This document shows positions 16,951 to 26,513 of a DNA stretch of 64,000 nucleotides, in pieces. Each line of letters starts with the position of its first letter. The first letter of the stretch is position 1. The notes beneath the pieces were generated by a model. The model saw only the letters and a program-made list of their open reading frames with translations. It had not been told where the DNA came from and searched no databases. Origin of the DNA: Candidatus Gastranaerophilales bacterium (lineage in GTDB: Bacteria > Cyanobacteriota > Vampirovibrionia > Gastranaerophilales > Gastranaerophilaceae); contig CALVCJ010000001.1 in the NCBI GenBank assembly GCA_944326015.1, positions 1,068 to 65,067 of the forward strand, given 5' to 3'. The translations under genes were made by a program, and so were the position numbers.

Positions 16951-18234
16951 CTATCCGAAAATTTCATCTGAATAAAAAATAAATTCCAGACGTCCTATAA
17001 TTATTGTATCACCGTCTTTAATTCCTTTTTGAGAAAGAGCATCAAAAACACCCATACCCTTCATAATATTTTGAAAACGTATTACCTGCTCAGAATTTCT
17101 TTCATCGGTAACTCCGGCAATTCTTTCAATTTTACCGCCTTCTATAATAAATGTATCTTTTGTAACTTTAAATATTTCAAAAGAACTATCATCATTATAA
17201 TAAGCGCCTAAATCTTTCTGAACAGTAATTTCTATTTCAGGTTTTGGAATTTCATCAACCTTTTGCCCCATAAAATCAAGAAGTCTGTCAAGATTTTCAC
17301 CTGTAACAGCAGAAATTTCAAAAACATCAGAAGAAACTGCTTTAAACTGTTTGAGAAGATCAAATTTTTTTTCATCAGAAATAGCATCAATTTTATTTAA
17401 CGCAATAATCTGATAGCGATTTGCCAGATTTTCCGAGTGCTTTTCAAGTTCAAGATTAATTTTCTTATAATTCTCAAAGGGATTTTCTTCTGTTGAATCA
17501 ATTAAATGCACAAGAAATCTGCATCTTTCTACGTGTCTCAGGAAATCAAACCCTAGACCGACACCTTCTGACGCACCTTCAATAAGTCCCGGAACATCTG
17601 CAACAACATATCCGTCTCCTGAATACTTTTTAACAACACCTAAATTAGGGATTAATGTTGTGAAAGGATAGTCAGCAATTTTCGGTTTGGCAGAACTTAT
17701 ACGGCTGATAAGAGTTGATTTCCCGGCATTCGGCATTCCTAGCAGTCCAACATCTGCAATAAGTTTTAATTCAAGCAATAATTCTCTTTCAATAGAAGGC
17801 TCACCGGGTTCACAAAACTGCGGGGCTCTTTTCTGAGCTGTAGCAAAACGCGCATTCCCGCGGCCGCCGCGGCCACCTTTTGCTACAAGAACCTTCTGCT
17901 CATGATAAGTTAAATCAGCAATAACATTACCTGTTTTTATATCTTTTACGACAGTTCCGACAGGAACTTTTATATACAAATCTTTTGCACAGGCGCCATG
18001 CATATTTTTAATTCCGCCGTTTTCGCCGGCTTCTGCTTTGAATACTGATTTATGCTTAAAATCCATTAATGTAGACATATTTTCATCGGCAATTAAATAT
18101 ACATCACCGCCTCTGCCTCCGTCACCGCCGGCGGGGCCTCCTTTATCCACATATTTTTCTCTGCGCCACGCAACCATTCCGTTTCCGCCGCGACCTGATA
18201 CAACACGTATTTTTGTCTTATCAATAAACTTCAT
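16951..18234 (-). CDS. obgE: GTPase ObgE/CgtA
   Basis: GGPAGGDGGRGG; GMPNAGKST; DVPGLIEGAS; NKID; C-terminal OCT domain. Confidence 0.97.
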   Translation of the reverse strand: MKFIDKTKIRVVSGRGGNGMVAWRREKYVDKGGPAGGDGGRGGDVYLIADENMSTLMDFKHKSVFKAEAGENGGIKNMHGACAKDLYIKVPVGTVVKDIKTGNVIADLTYHEQKVLVAKGGRGGRGNARFATAQKRAPQFCEPGEPSIERELLLELKLIADVGLLGMPNAGKSTLISRISSAKPKIADYPFTTLIPNLGVVKKYSGDGYVVADVPGLIEGASEGVGLGFDFLRHVERCRFLVHLIDSTEENPFENYKKINLELEKHSENLANRYQIIALNKIDAISDEKKFDLLKQFKAVSSDVFEISAVTGENLDRLLDFMGQKVDEIPKPEIEITVQKDLGAYYNDDSSFEIFKVTKDTFIIEGGKIERIAGVTDERNSEQVIRFQNIMKGMGVFDALSQKGIKDGDTIIIGRLEFIFYSDEIFG

Positions 18235-18299
18235 CTTTATACCGGTTTATATCATTCTGAACTTGTTTCAGAATCTCTTTGTACTATAATAATACTACT

Positions 18300-19355
18300 A
18301 TGAAAAATATAAAAAATAAATTATTCTCTAAAGAACCTGTAACAATCGGCCCTGAAAGCGGATACGATAATTACATAATGGCAATAGAATCAAGCTGTGA
18401 TGAAACGGCCTGCGCGATAGTAAAAAACGGACGTGAAGTCATTGCAAATGTAGTGGCCTCACAAATTAAAACGCACGCACAATTTGGAGGTGTAATTCCC
18501 GAAATTGCCGCGAGGGAACATCTTGATTCCATTAATATAGTTATAGATGAAGCCTTTAAACAGGCAAAAGAAAAAGCAAATCTAAAACCTGAAGATATAA
18601 CGGCATTTGCAGGAACCGTAGGCCCGGGGCTTGTCGGATGTCTGCTTGTCGGGCTTAATGCCGCAAAAACTCTTGCGCTGACTTATGACAAACCATTTAT
18701 CGGAGTAAATCATTTAAATGCGCATATTTGCGGAAACTATCTTGACACTGATTTAAAACCGCCGTTTATGGCTTTGTTAGTCAGCGGAGGTCACACACAG
18801 ATAATTGATGTTAAATCGTATTCCGAACAGACAATTATAGGTGAAACTGTTGATGATGCGGTAGGTGAAGCTTATGATAAAGTAGCAAGGCTTATAGGAC
18901 TGCCATACCCCGGAGGACCAAAGCTTGATAAACTTGCTCAGGAAGGCAATCCGCATGCATTCAAGCTGCCAGAATCACGTGTTGACGGATATAATTTCAG
19001 TTTTAGCGGGCTAAAAACAGCAGTACTCAGACTTGTAAAATCTTTTGACGGGAAAGAAATGCCTGTTAAAGATATCTGTGCAAGTTTTCAGGAAACTGTT
19101 TCTTCTACGCTTCTTCACAAACTCAAAAAAGCACTTGAATCAAGCGGATATAATCAGGTTGTAATAGCAGGCGGAGTTGCTGCCAATTCAGAAATCAGAA
19201 AAAAAATATTCAACCTTGAAACTGAAGGCTATAAAATTTTTGCCCCAGCTATGAAATATTGTACAGATAATGCCGCAATGGTCGCATCTTGTGCCTATTT
19301 TAACACTAACACATATGATGATATAAATACAGAAGTATTTTCGCGTGTTATATAA
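18300..19355 (+). CDS. tsaD: tRNA N6-threonylcarbamoyladenosine transferase TsaD
   Basis: AIESSCDETA; GGVIPEIAAREH; VNHLNAH; LVSGGHT; GEAYDKVAR; CTDNAAM. Confidence 0.96.
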   Translation: MKNIKNKLFSKEPVTIGPESGYDNYIMAIESSCDETACAIVKNGREVIANVVASQIKTHAQFGGVIPEIAAREHLDSINIVIDEAFKQAKEKANLKPEDITAFAGTVGPGLVGCLLVGLNAAKTLALTYDKPFIGVNHLNAHICGNYLDTDLKPPFMALLVSGGHTQIIDVKSYSEQTIIGETVDDAVGEAYDKVARLIGLPYPGGPKLDKLAQEGNPHAFKLPESRVDGYNFSFSGLKTAVLRLVKSFDGKEMPVKDICASFQETVSSTLLHKLKKALESSGYNQVVIAGGVAANSEIRKKIFNLETEGYKIFAPAMKYCTDNAAMVASCAYFNTNTYDDINTEVFSRVI

Positions 19356-19538
19356 TTGTTAAAAATTGTAAAAATTACACTTTATAAATAGCAAAAAATA
19401 ATTTGCACTGTCTTTATTCCCAGTAAAATCTTGGGAATAAAAACTATACTATGAAACCTTTTAGCGGAATACGGACTATCTGTTTCCGCATTCTTATTCT
19501 AAGTCATTAAATTTGACTTGATTTGTACAATAAAAAAA

Positions 19539-19560
19539 AAAAGAGCCGCATGGCTCTTTT
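19539..19560. terminator. intrinsic terminator (bidirectional)
   Basis: AAAAGAGCC-GCAT-GGCTCTTTT flanked by A/T runs. Confidence 0.75.
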
Positions 19561-19572
19561 CGTATAAGCAAA

Positions 19573-19935
19573 TTATCTTATATGACATGGACATTTTGGA
19601 ACTTCAACAGGCTGCAAATACAATCTTTGGCAGGTAGGACAAGGTTCAGCAAAAGCCTTTCTGCAAGTAGGACAAGGATTAAGCTTTATTTTAGTACACT
19701 CATCACATTTTTTTACTTTCTTAATCTTGCATGGATTACAGTTTTTAAATCCTGTGAAAGGATTAAGGCTAAAATTAGTTTTGTTTTCACCAATACCAAT
19801 ATAAGGTAAAGGGTTCAGGTAAGATAAATAAGGCATCGGATTTAATGACTGCATGCCTTCCCATGCTGCAAATGCACCCTGAGTCGAGAAAACTAATGCA
19901 CCAATCAGTGCTAAAGAAATACATAAATTTTTCAT
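19573..19935 (-). CDS. secreted cysteine-rich protein (120 aa)
   Basis: Signal peptide ending GAFA; CKNCNPC, CDEC, CPTC x2, CPC; GGGAG RBS. Confidence 0.8.
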   Translation of the reverse strand: MKNLCISLALIGALVFSTQGAFAAWEGMQSLNPMPYLSYLNPLPYIGIGENKTNFSLNPFTGFKNCNPCKIKKVKKCDECTKIKLNPCPTCRKAFAEPCPTCQRLYLQPVEVPKCPCHIR

Positions 19936-20125
19936 AAAATACTCCCATAAAAAATTTCCAATATATGTAAAATTTAATTTACATATCCATTTTAAACTTT
20001 AAGGTAATTTTTACAATAAACACGCTGGCAGTTCTTATCAGCAGAAAATATTAAGAAAAAAGGATAAAAAAGAATCGGTAACTTTTACAATTACCGATTC
20101 GTTATAAAAAATACAATCAATTTAA

Positions 20126-21385
20126 TTATTTAGCAATGGTTGCATCATCAAGCAAAATAACATAAATTGTTTCACCTGATTTAGCGTGATATTCAAGTCC
20201 TTTAGTTACAAGACCAGTTGCAAGACCAACTGCTGCGCCGACAGGAAGACCAATTGCAACACCTGTACCGATTAAATCAGGGCTTGGAATAAATGCAAAA
20301 CCAACACCTGCACCAGTACCGATTGCACCGCCTGTTAATGTACATAAAACTAATTTTCCAGTTGTCATCCAAGGCCCTTCTTTTAAAGAATAATCTTTAG
20401 AAAAAGGTTTAGCATTAAATGCAGCTTCTTTACCGTCCGGTAAAATTATTTTCTGCAATTGAGGATAAACTCTTGCATTTTTGTTAAACCATTTTGGATC
20501 TTTTATTTCATTGATTTGAGCAATAAATTTAGTTCCGGCGGGAATAATCAAAGAACCTTCTTCTGTTAAGATATCTTCATTTGCAACGAAAGTAACAATA
20601 TCTCCTGATTTATGATCTTCAGACCTAAATTTATCTTCAAAGGCAACAACAAGAACATTACCTTCATTAATAATATTTTGAATATTATTTATTCTGACTT
20701 CATTATTCGGAGCATTTCTTTTTACATCTAGGTGCTCAATTCTTGTTGCGCCAATATACTGTGCTTTTACAAGATCCAATTTTTCTTTAAGTCTTGCTAA
20801 AAGAACAGCAGCTTCAGCTCTTGATAAATTATCATTAGGTCTTAATTCTCTTGAATCAGGATAATTTACATAGATACCGTAATTAATTGTTTTAGCATAT
20901 ACATTTTTAGCCCAGCCAGGAATTGCCGAAGCGTCTTTAAACTGATTAAGAATAGATTTATCAGCATCCATATCTTTTGTAATATGGCTGATAACAGATT
21001 GAGCTTCAGATCTCAAGACTGCTTTGTTAGGCTGAAATGTGCCGTTCGGATAACCATAAACCAGACCCAATTGCTGTGAACGCAAAATGTTATCATAATT
21101 TGGATTAGATTTTGCAACATCTGAAAATTTATTTGAAATAGTAACATTCAAATTTTCATCAGATAACACTTTTAAAAGGGCATTCACAAACTCAACTCTT
21201 GTCATATTTCCTTCAGGATTAAAACGATTACCTGAAAGAGACATAATATCATTATCAACAACGATATTAATTTCTTTGCTTGCCCAGTAATTTTGTCCAA
21301 CATCAGCTATAGAAACTGCAAGAGCCGGAACAGAATTTAATAAAAGCAAGCTTAGAGCCATAACCCCTGAAATAAATTTTTTCAT
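20126..21385 (-). CDS. S-layer homology (SLH) domain protein with C-terminal Gly-rich hydrophobic hairpin
   Basis: Signal peptide; three SLH repeats (FNPEGNMTRVEF, FQPNKAVLRSEA, LRPNDNLSRAEAA); glycine-zipper GGAIGTGAGVG. Confidence 0.88.
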   Translation of the reverse strand: MKKFISGVMALSLLLLNSVPALAVSIADVGQNYWASKEINIVVDNDIMSLSGNRFNPEGNMTRVEFVNALLKVLSDENLNVTISNKFSDVAKSNPNYDNILRSQQLGLVYGYPNGTFQPNKAVLRSEAQSVISHITKDMDADKSILNQFKDASAIPGWAKNVYAKTINYGIYVNYPDSRELRPNDNLSRAEAAVLLARLKEKLDLVKAQYIGATRIEHLDVKRNAPNNEVRINNIQNIINEGNVLVVAFEDKFRSEDHKSGDIVTFVANEDILTEEGSLIIPAGTKFIAQINEIKDPKWFNKNARVYPQLQKIILPDGKEAAFNAKPFSKDYSLKEGPWMTTGKLVLCTLTGGAIGTGAGVGFAFIPSPDLIGTGVAIGLPVGAAVGLATGLVTKGLEYHAKSGETIYVILLDDATIAK

Positions 21386-21506
21386 TTTCTTACTTCCTCA
21401 TATTTACTAGTAAACCTTTTTCGTGTAAGATTATAACGTACAATTAAATTTTTGTAAACAAGTAATTTAATATTTTAATAATTTACCCAACATAGAAAGG
21501 AAAAAT

Positions 21507-22949
21507 ATGGATAATTACACTATGACCAAAATCGTTGCAACACTAGGCCCTGCAACGTCAACAAAAGAAAAAATCAGAGAGCTTTTCAAAGCCGGCGTAA
21601 CCATGTTCAGATTAAATTCTTCGCATGGCGATGTTGAAATGCACAAAACAAATTTGTCTTACATCAGAGAAATCGAAAAAGAAGAAAGAACTCTTATTCC
21701 AGTACTTTTAGACCTTCAGGGGCCTAAAATCAGAATAGGCAATCTGCCGGAATCAATCGAAATAAAAAAAGGGGAAATATTAAAATTTAAACACCAACCG
21801 GAAGTAACAGGCGACATTCTGCCTGTTGACTATAAAGGCATGGCTGATGATGTTACCCCGGGTGAAAAAATAATGATTGATGACGGGAAAATTCAACTTG
21901 AAGTAAAAAAAGTTGAAGATAGAGTTATTTTTGCTGAAGTATTGACAGACGGGCTTTTAAAACAAAGAAAAGGTATCAATATCCCGGGTTCTCAAGGCAG
22001 CCTTGATGTTTTGACTGAAAGAGACATAAAATTTGTAGAATTTGCGGCTAAAAATGATATTGACTATCTTGGCTTATCATTTGTTAGACAGGCCTCAGAT
22101 GTTGTAAAACTGAGAGAACTTCTCCACGAAAATGGAAATACAACTGCCAGAATTATCTCAAAAATAGAAAAACCGCAAGCTGTTGAAAATATTGATGCAA
22201 TTATTGAAGTTTCAGACGGCATAATGGTTGCCAGAGGCGATCTTGGTATTGAAATTTCAAATGAGAAAGTTCCTATTGTCCAGAAAACTATTATCAGAAA
22301 AGCAAATGCAAAAAGAAAAGTTGTAATTGTTGCGACCCAGATGCTTGACAGCATGATTGAAAATCCTATTCCGACACGTGCTGAAACATCAGACGTTGCA
22401 AATGCTATTCTCGATGGCACTGATGCAATTATGTTATCTGGTGAAACTGCTGCCGGAGCTTATCCTGTTGAAGCTGTTGCAATGATGAAAAAAATTGCTG
22501 ATAATGTTGAATCCTCTCCTTTTATGAGAAAAAATAAATTTCCGAGAAAAATGATTGAAGAAGAAAAAGATTCACAAGCTATGGCAATCGGAATGTCAAT
22601 TGCAGATATGACAAGAAAAATGGATGTGAAAGCAGCAATAGCATTAACAGGAAGCGGATTTACCGCATCAATGCTTGCAGAAGCAAAACTAAGTGTTCCT
22701 ATTTTTGCTTGCTGCCCGCACAGACACATATGCCGTGATATAAAATTATACAGGGGAGTTTATCCTATTCCTGTTGATATTGAACCATCAATTGATAAAA
22801 AATCATTGTTAGAGCTGGATAAATTTTTGATTAATGGTTTAGGCCTTGCAAAAGGTGATTATGTCGTAATCACAGGTTCTGTACCAGAATTACTTGTCGG
22901 AGGCACAAACTTCATTAAAATCCACAAAATCGGGTTGCTTGAAAAATAA
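21507..22949 (+). CDS. pyk: pyruvate kinase
   Basis: TKIVATLGPA; RLNSSHG; LDLQGPKIR; IMVARGDLG; TQMLDSM..PTRAE; MLSGETA. Confidence 0.97.
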   Translation: MDNYTMTKIVATLGPATSTKEKIRELFKAGVTMFRLNSSHGDVEMHKTNLSYIREIEKEERTLIPVLLDLQGPKIRIGNLPESIEIKKGEILKFKHQPEVTGDILPVDYKGMADDVTPGEKIMIDDGKIQLEVKKVEDRVIFAEVLTDGLLKQRKGINIPGSQGSLDVLTERDIKFVEFAAKNDIDYLGLSFVRQASDVVKLRELLHENGNTTARIISKIEKPQAVENIDAIIEVSDGIMVARGDLGIEISNEKVPIVQKTIIRKANAKRKVVIVATQMLDSMIENPIPTRAETSDVANAILDGTDAIMLSGETAAGAYPVEAVAMMKKIADNVESSPFMRKNKFPRKMIEEEKDSQAMAIGMSIADMTRKMDVKAAIALTGSGFTASMLAEAKLSVPIFACCPHRHICRDIKLYRGVYPIPVDIEPSIDKKSLLELDKFLINGLGLAKGDYVVITGSVPELLVGGTNFIKIHKIGLLEK

Positions 22950-22957
22950 TAAATTAC

Positions 22958-22990
22958 AAAAAGCCGTCTTTAAATTTAAGATGGCTTTTT
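22958..22990 (+). terminator. terminator after pyk
   Basis: AAAAAGCCGTCTT-TAAATTT-AAGATGGCTTTTT. Confidence 0.75.
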
Positions 22991-23235
22991 TGTGCAAAAA
23001 AATACCCCTTTCGGGGTTAAAATTCTGTTTTTTTAGGAAGGTAGGAATAGAAATTTATGTCTCTCTCTTATTTAATACTGTCTCTTTTAATATCTTTGAG
23101 TTTATTATATATATAAAGTATATAAAAAGTATCTAATTTCAAAAATTATACAACTTGTTACAAAAATTAATACTTGATTTTATAATCATATTGATTTATA
23201 CTAAAAAAGTAGGAGATATAAGATAGGAGTTAGGA

Positions 23236-23514
23236 ATGTTAGTTTCGTCCATAGCCCGCTTTAATGCAATTAACACAATGAATAGTGCGTTATCAGCTTC
23301 TATTCAGACTGCAAATTTAGTGTCTTACAATATAAATAATACGCATACATTCGGCGGTGAACATGATTTGAGCATGCTTAACAAAATGGATAAAAAAATG
23401 AGTCTTGATCTACTTTCAAATAAACTTTTATATAAAATTGCATATCTTCAAGAAAAACTTGCAACAAAATATCAAAACAATGAATTAAAAAAATCTTTAA
23501 ACTTTTTAGCTTAA
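23236..23514 (+). CDS. small lineage-specific hypothetical protein (92 aa)
   Basis: AGGAG RBS; helical; ends KKSLNFLA. Confidence 0.75.
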   Translation: MLVSSIARFNAINTMNSALSASIQTANLVSYNINNTHTFGGEHDLSMLNKMDKKMSLDLLSNKLLYKIAYLQEKLATKYQNNELKKSLNFLA

Positions 23515-24698
23515 TCGTTTTCTTTTTTGAATAATTCTTTAACAAATACAGAACAGACAGCAGGAATTACAGAAACAAATAACAATACATTTGTAATACC
23601 ATATTTCTCCGCAATTAATCCCAATGCAGACATAACAATTGCCACAACACCCCAGGAAAAACCGTTAATAAATCCTGATATAATGCTTTTATATTCAGGA
23701 ATTACATTTTGTGCCATTGTTAATGTAACAGGGGTTGCCATCATAGTTATAAAACCGGTTATAATAAAAATTACAAGAGAAAAAACTGGCAGTTGCTTGT
23801 AAGTCAAAACAAAAATTAACATTAAAGGAAATGTTGAAATCATAGAAATATAAAAAACGTTTGCTGCTCCCAGTCTCTTTTCAATGCTGCTGCTAATAAG
23901 AGAGCCTATCCCACCGGCAAAAATGAAAGCAAACAGCGCAGCTCCTATATAAAAAGGGCGGTAACCCATGTTTTTCCACAAAAAAGGTAAAAATATAAAA
24001 CAGGAAGAATTTATCATTGTTTTAAGCATAGCAATAACATTTAAAATATTAAGCTTTTTGTTAGATAAAATTTTTCTAAAAGCAAATTTAAAATCAATAC
24101 GTGTAAATTTCTTATTAAAAACAGAGAGTTTCGGTATGAACTTAAACATTAAACCAGCCCAACAAAGTCCCAAAACTGACATTAAAGGCATTTTATGAAT
24201 GCCTAAAAACTGAGTAATAGCAGAAGAAATTACAGGTCCGCTCGAATAGCCGAGTGTACCCATTGAAATAAATACGGCCATTGCTTTTCCAGCATCTACT
24301 TTATTTGCAAATCTTGATGCAAAACCGAGTGCCTGAGGATGAAAAAGACTTGATCCGACACTTCCCGCAATTATAAAAAGCACAAGCATAAAAGCACTAT
24401 GTGCCATGGCAGAAAGTGGAATAAATATTGAAGATAAAATTATTCCCCAGAATATAAAGGAACGCTTTACAATATTATCTGCAAAAAAGCCAAAAAGAGG
24501 CTGTAAAAGCGAAGAAAAAATATGTGATACAGTTAATATAACAGTTGCAGCTGCCATGGATAAACCAATTTTTGCCGAAATAAAAGGCATAATTGGATTC
24601 AACACACCTGTATATATATCATTTATAAAATGAGCGCCATTAAGCCATATTAAAGCCTTTTTACAAGCATTACGGGGTAAATTTTGATCTATATCCAT
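23511..24698 (-). CDS. MFS transporter, Fsr (fosmidomycin resistance)-like
   Basis: AHFINDIYTG..PIMP...SSLLQPLFGFFAD...FHPQA...GTLGYSSGP; about 12 TMs. Confidence 0.85.
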   Translation of the reverse strand: MDIDQNLPRNACKKALIWLNGAHFINDIYTGVLNPIMPFISAKIGLSMAAATVILTVSHIFSSLLQPLFGFFADNIVKRSFIFWGIILSSIFIPLSAMAHSAFMLVLFIIAGSVGSSLFHPQALGFASRFANKVDAGKAMAVFISMGTLGYSSGPVISSAITQFLGIHKMPLMSVLGLCWAGLMFKFIPKLSVFNKKFTRIDFKFAFRKILSNKKLNILNVIAMLKTMINSSCFIFLPFLWKNMGYRPFYIGAALFAFIFAGGIGSLISSSIEKRLGAANVFYISMISTFPLMLIFVLTYKQLPVFSLVIFIITGFITMMATPVTLTMAQNVIPEYKSIISGFINGFSWGVVAIVMSALGLIAEKYGITNVLLFVSVIPAVCSVFVKELFKKEND

Positions 24699-24751
24699 AA
24701 CAATTAAATTTAAACCTAAATATAAACAAAAATCAACAAAAAATCATCAGT

Positions 24752-25534
24752 TTAAGTTTTACGAAAAATTAGATAAGCCATACAAAATGAAGCAAAAATT
24801 ATTAGAATAAATGACATAATCTGTGCAACAGGTAGTCCGTGAACATTCAATGCACTGTCAATTCTTATATTTTCAATAAAAATTCTTACAAAAGAATATA
24901 GAATTAGATATGTGCATGCAATGATACCCGGCTTTTTACTGAAATTTTTAAATAATATAAGCAATATAATAAAAATTAACAAATCTAAAATACTTTCATA
25001 TAAAAAAGCAGGATGAAAATATTGAAAATCAATATACTGATAAGGTCTGTGGGCTATCGAAATAAAAAGTTTCCATGGCAAATCTGTCGGAGTACCAAAA
25101 GCCTCCGAGTTGAAAAAATTTCCCCACCTGCCAATACTCTGAGCCAGAGATGTTGCACACAAAAATACATCAGCTAGTTTTAAAAAAGACATTTTATAAA
25201 TTTTTGAAAATATCCACAAAGATAAAATTCCTGCAATAATCATGCCATGAATCGACTGCCCGCCCTGGCGGATAAAAAAAATTTCTATAGGACTTTGAAG
25301 ATAATAAGAATAATTGACAAGACAATAATACAGTCTTGCACCAGCTATTCCCAAAATAATCAGATACGGAGCAAAGTCTAATATGTTTGAAGCTTTATCT
25401 CTTTCATAAAAATACTTATACAAAACATAAGCACAAGATATACCCGTAAAAATAGAAAAAGCAAGAATTATTCCGTAAAAATATACTGGGAAATTAAAAA
25501 TTCTAAATGCGATTTCACCGGGAGAACTGAACAT
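24752..25534 (-). CDS. lgt: prolipoprotein diacylglyceryl transferase
   Basis: GARLYY...GGQSIHG...AQSIGRWGNFFNSEAFG...HPAFLYES...FIENIR. Confidence 0.95.
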   Translation of the reverse strand: MFSSPGEIAFRIFNFPVYFYGIILAFSIFTGISCAYVLYKYFYERDKASNILDFAPYLIILGIAGARLYYCLVNYSYYLQSPIEIFFIRQGGQSIHGMIIAGILSLWIFSKIYKMSFLKLADVFLCATSLAQSIGRWGNFFNSEAFGTPTDLPWKLFISIAHRPYQYIDFQYFHPAFLYESILDLLIFIILLILFKNFSKKPGIIACTYLILYSFVRIFIENIRIDSALNVHGLPVAQIMSFILIIFASFCMAYLIFRKT

Positions 25535-25536
25535 AA

Positions 25537-26130
25537 TTACTTAACCGCATTTTTTGCCAGTAGCATCTGTAATTCTTTTATTTTATCTTCGACAAAAGTT
25601 CTGTCATCAATACTATCGCCTTTATCTAGATAAATTCCATAATCAGAAATTGCATTAGTTAAAAGATTAGTAATCATTTTTTTTGCATTAGACGGAAGTT
25701 CTTGATTATTCAGCAGATTATCGGAGCCAGAATCAATACTATTAACCTCAGTTTTAGATATTGTATCATCGTCATTTACTATTACATCACCGGATATTAT
25801 ATCCTTTGCGAGATTTTCCTCACACACAGCCAAAGAATAATAAGTATCGGGAAAGTCAGGTTTTAATTTAATAGCATTATTATAGGTTTTTATTGCATTT
25901 GCATAATCTTCAGCCTTTGTATAGGCAACAGCAAGATTATACTGAGTTTCGAATACGCTCCCGTCAAGATCTGCACTTGATTTTAATCGTTCAATAGCGG
26001 ATACATAATCACCTTTATCCATAAAATATTTTGCTTTATTGTTGAGCTCCTGCACCGCAAAATTATTAATACATGCTGTTGATATAACAGAAATAAACAA
26101 GATACTTGCTAGTAAAAATGCTTTTTTCAT
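25537..26130 (-). CDS. TPR-repeat probable lipoprotein
   Basis: Lipobox-like ISTAC; TPRs (YNLAVAY, PDTYYSLA). Confidence 0.8.
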   Translation of the reverse strand: MKKAFLLASILFISVISTACINNFAVQELNNKAKYFMDKGDYVSAIERLKSSADLDGSVFETQYNLAVAYTKAEDYANAIKTYNNAIKLKPDFPDTYYSLAVCEENLAKDIISGDVIVNDDDTISKTEVNSIDSGSDNLLNNQELPSNAKKMITNLLTNAISDYGIYLDKGDSIDDRTFVEDKIKELQMLLAKNAVK

Positions 26131-26240
26131 GGTATAATCATCCTCATAAAAATAATTTGTAATTTTTATTATAAAATAAACTGATTTTATAAAGCAAATT
26201 TTATAAACAAAATTTACAAAAACAAAATGTGAGGTTTTAT

Positions 26241-26513
26241 ATGTCAGAAGAAAAAGTAATTAAGTTCGGCGAAAAAAGAGAAAAAAAATCAGAACATAAC
26301 AAAGAAAACGAACATCATAAGGATGATGCAGTATATTGCAGTTTTTGTGGAAGACCAAATACTCAGGTTCTGAAAATGGTTCAGGGACCAGGTGTTAATA
26401 TTTGTTCGGAATGCGCAATGATAGCCGTTCAATATTTAATCCTTAACGACAGAATGCCGTCTGCCGAAGCGCAGCAGATACTTGATGCCTTCTGGGGGAA
26501 AGCTCGCAAATGA
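26241..26513 (+). CDS. standalone ClpX-type C4 zinc-finger protein
   Basis: YCSFCGRPNTQVLKMVQGPGVNICSECA; no AAA+ domain. Confidence 0.85.
   Translation: MSEEKVIKFGEKREKKSEHNKENEHHKDDAVYCSFCGRPNTQVLKMVQGPGVNICSECAMIAVQYLILNDRMPSAEAQQILDAFWGKARK

Noticed and set aside
19532-19542. A/T homopolymers (also about 47751-47759 and 52401-52410) as phase-variation tracts
   Set aside because: They are intergenic, expected in an AT-rich genome, and one is a terminator tail.
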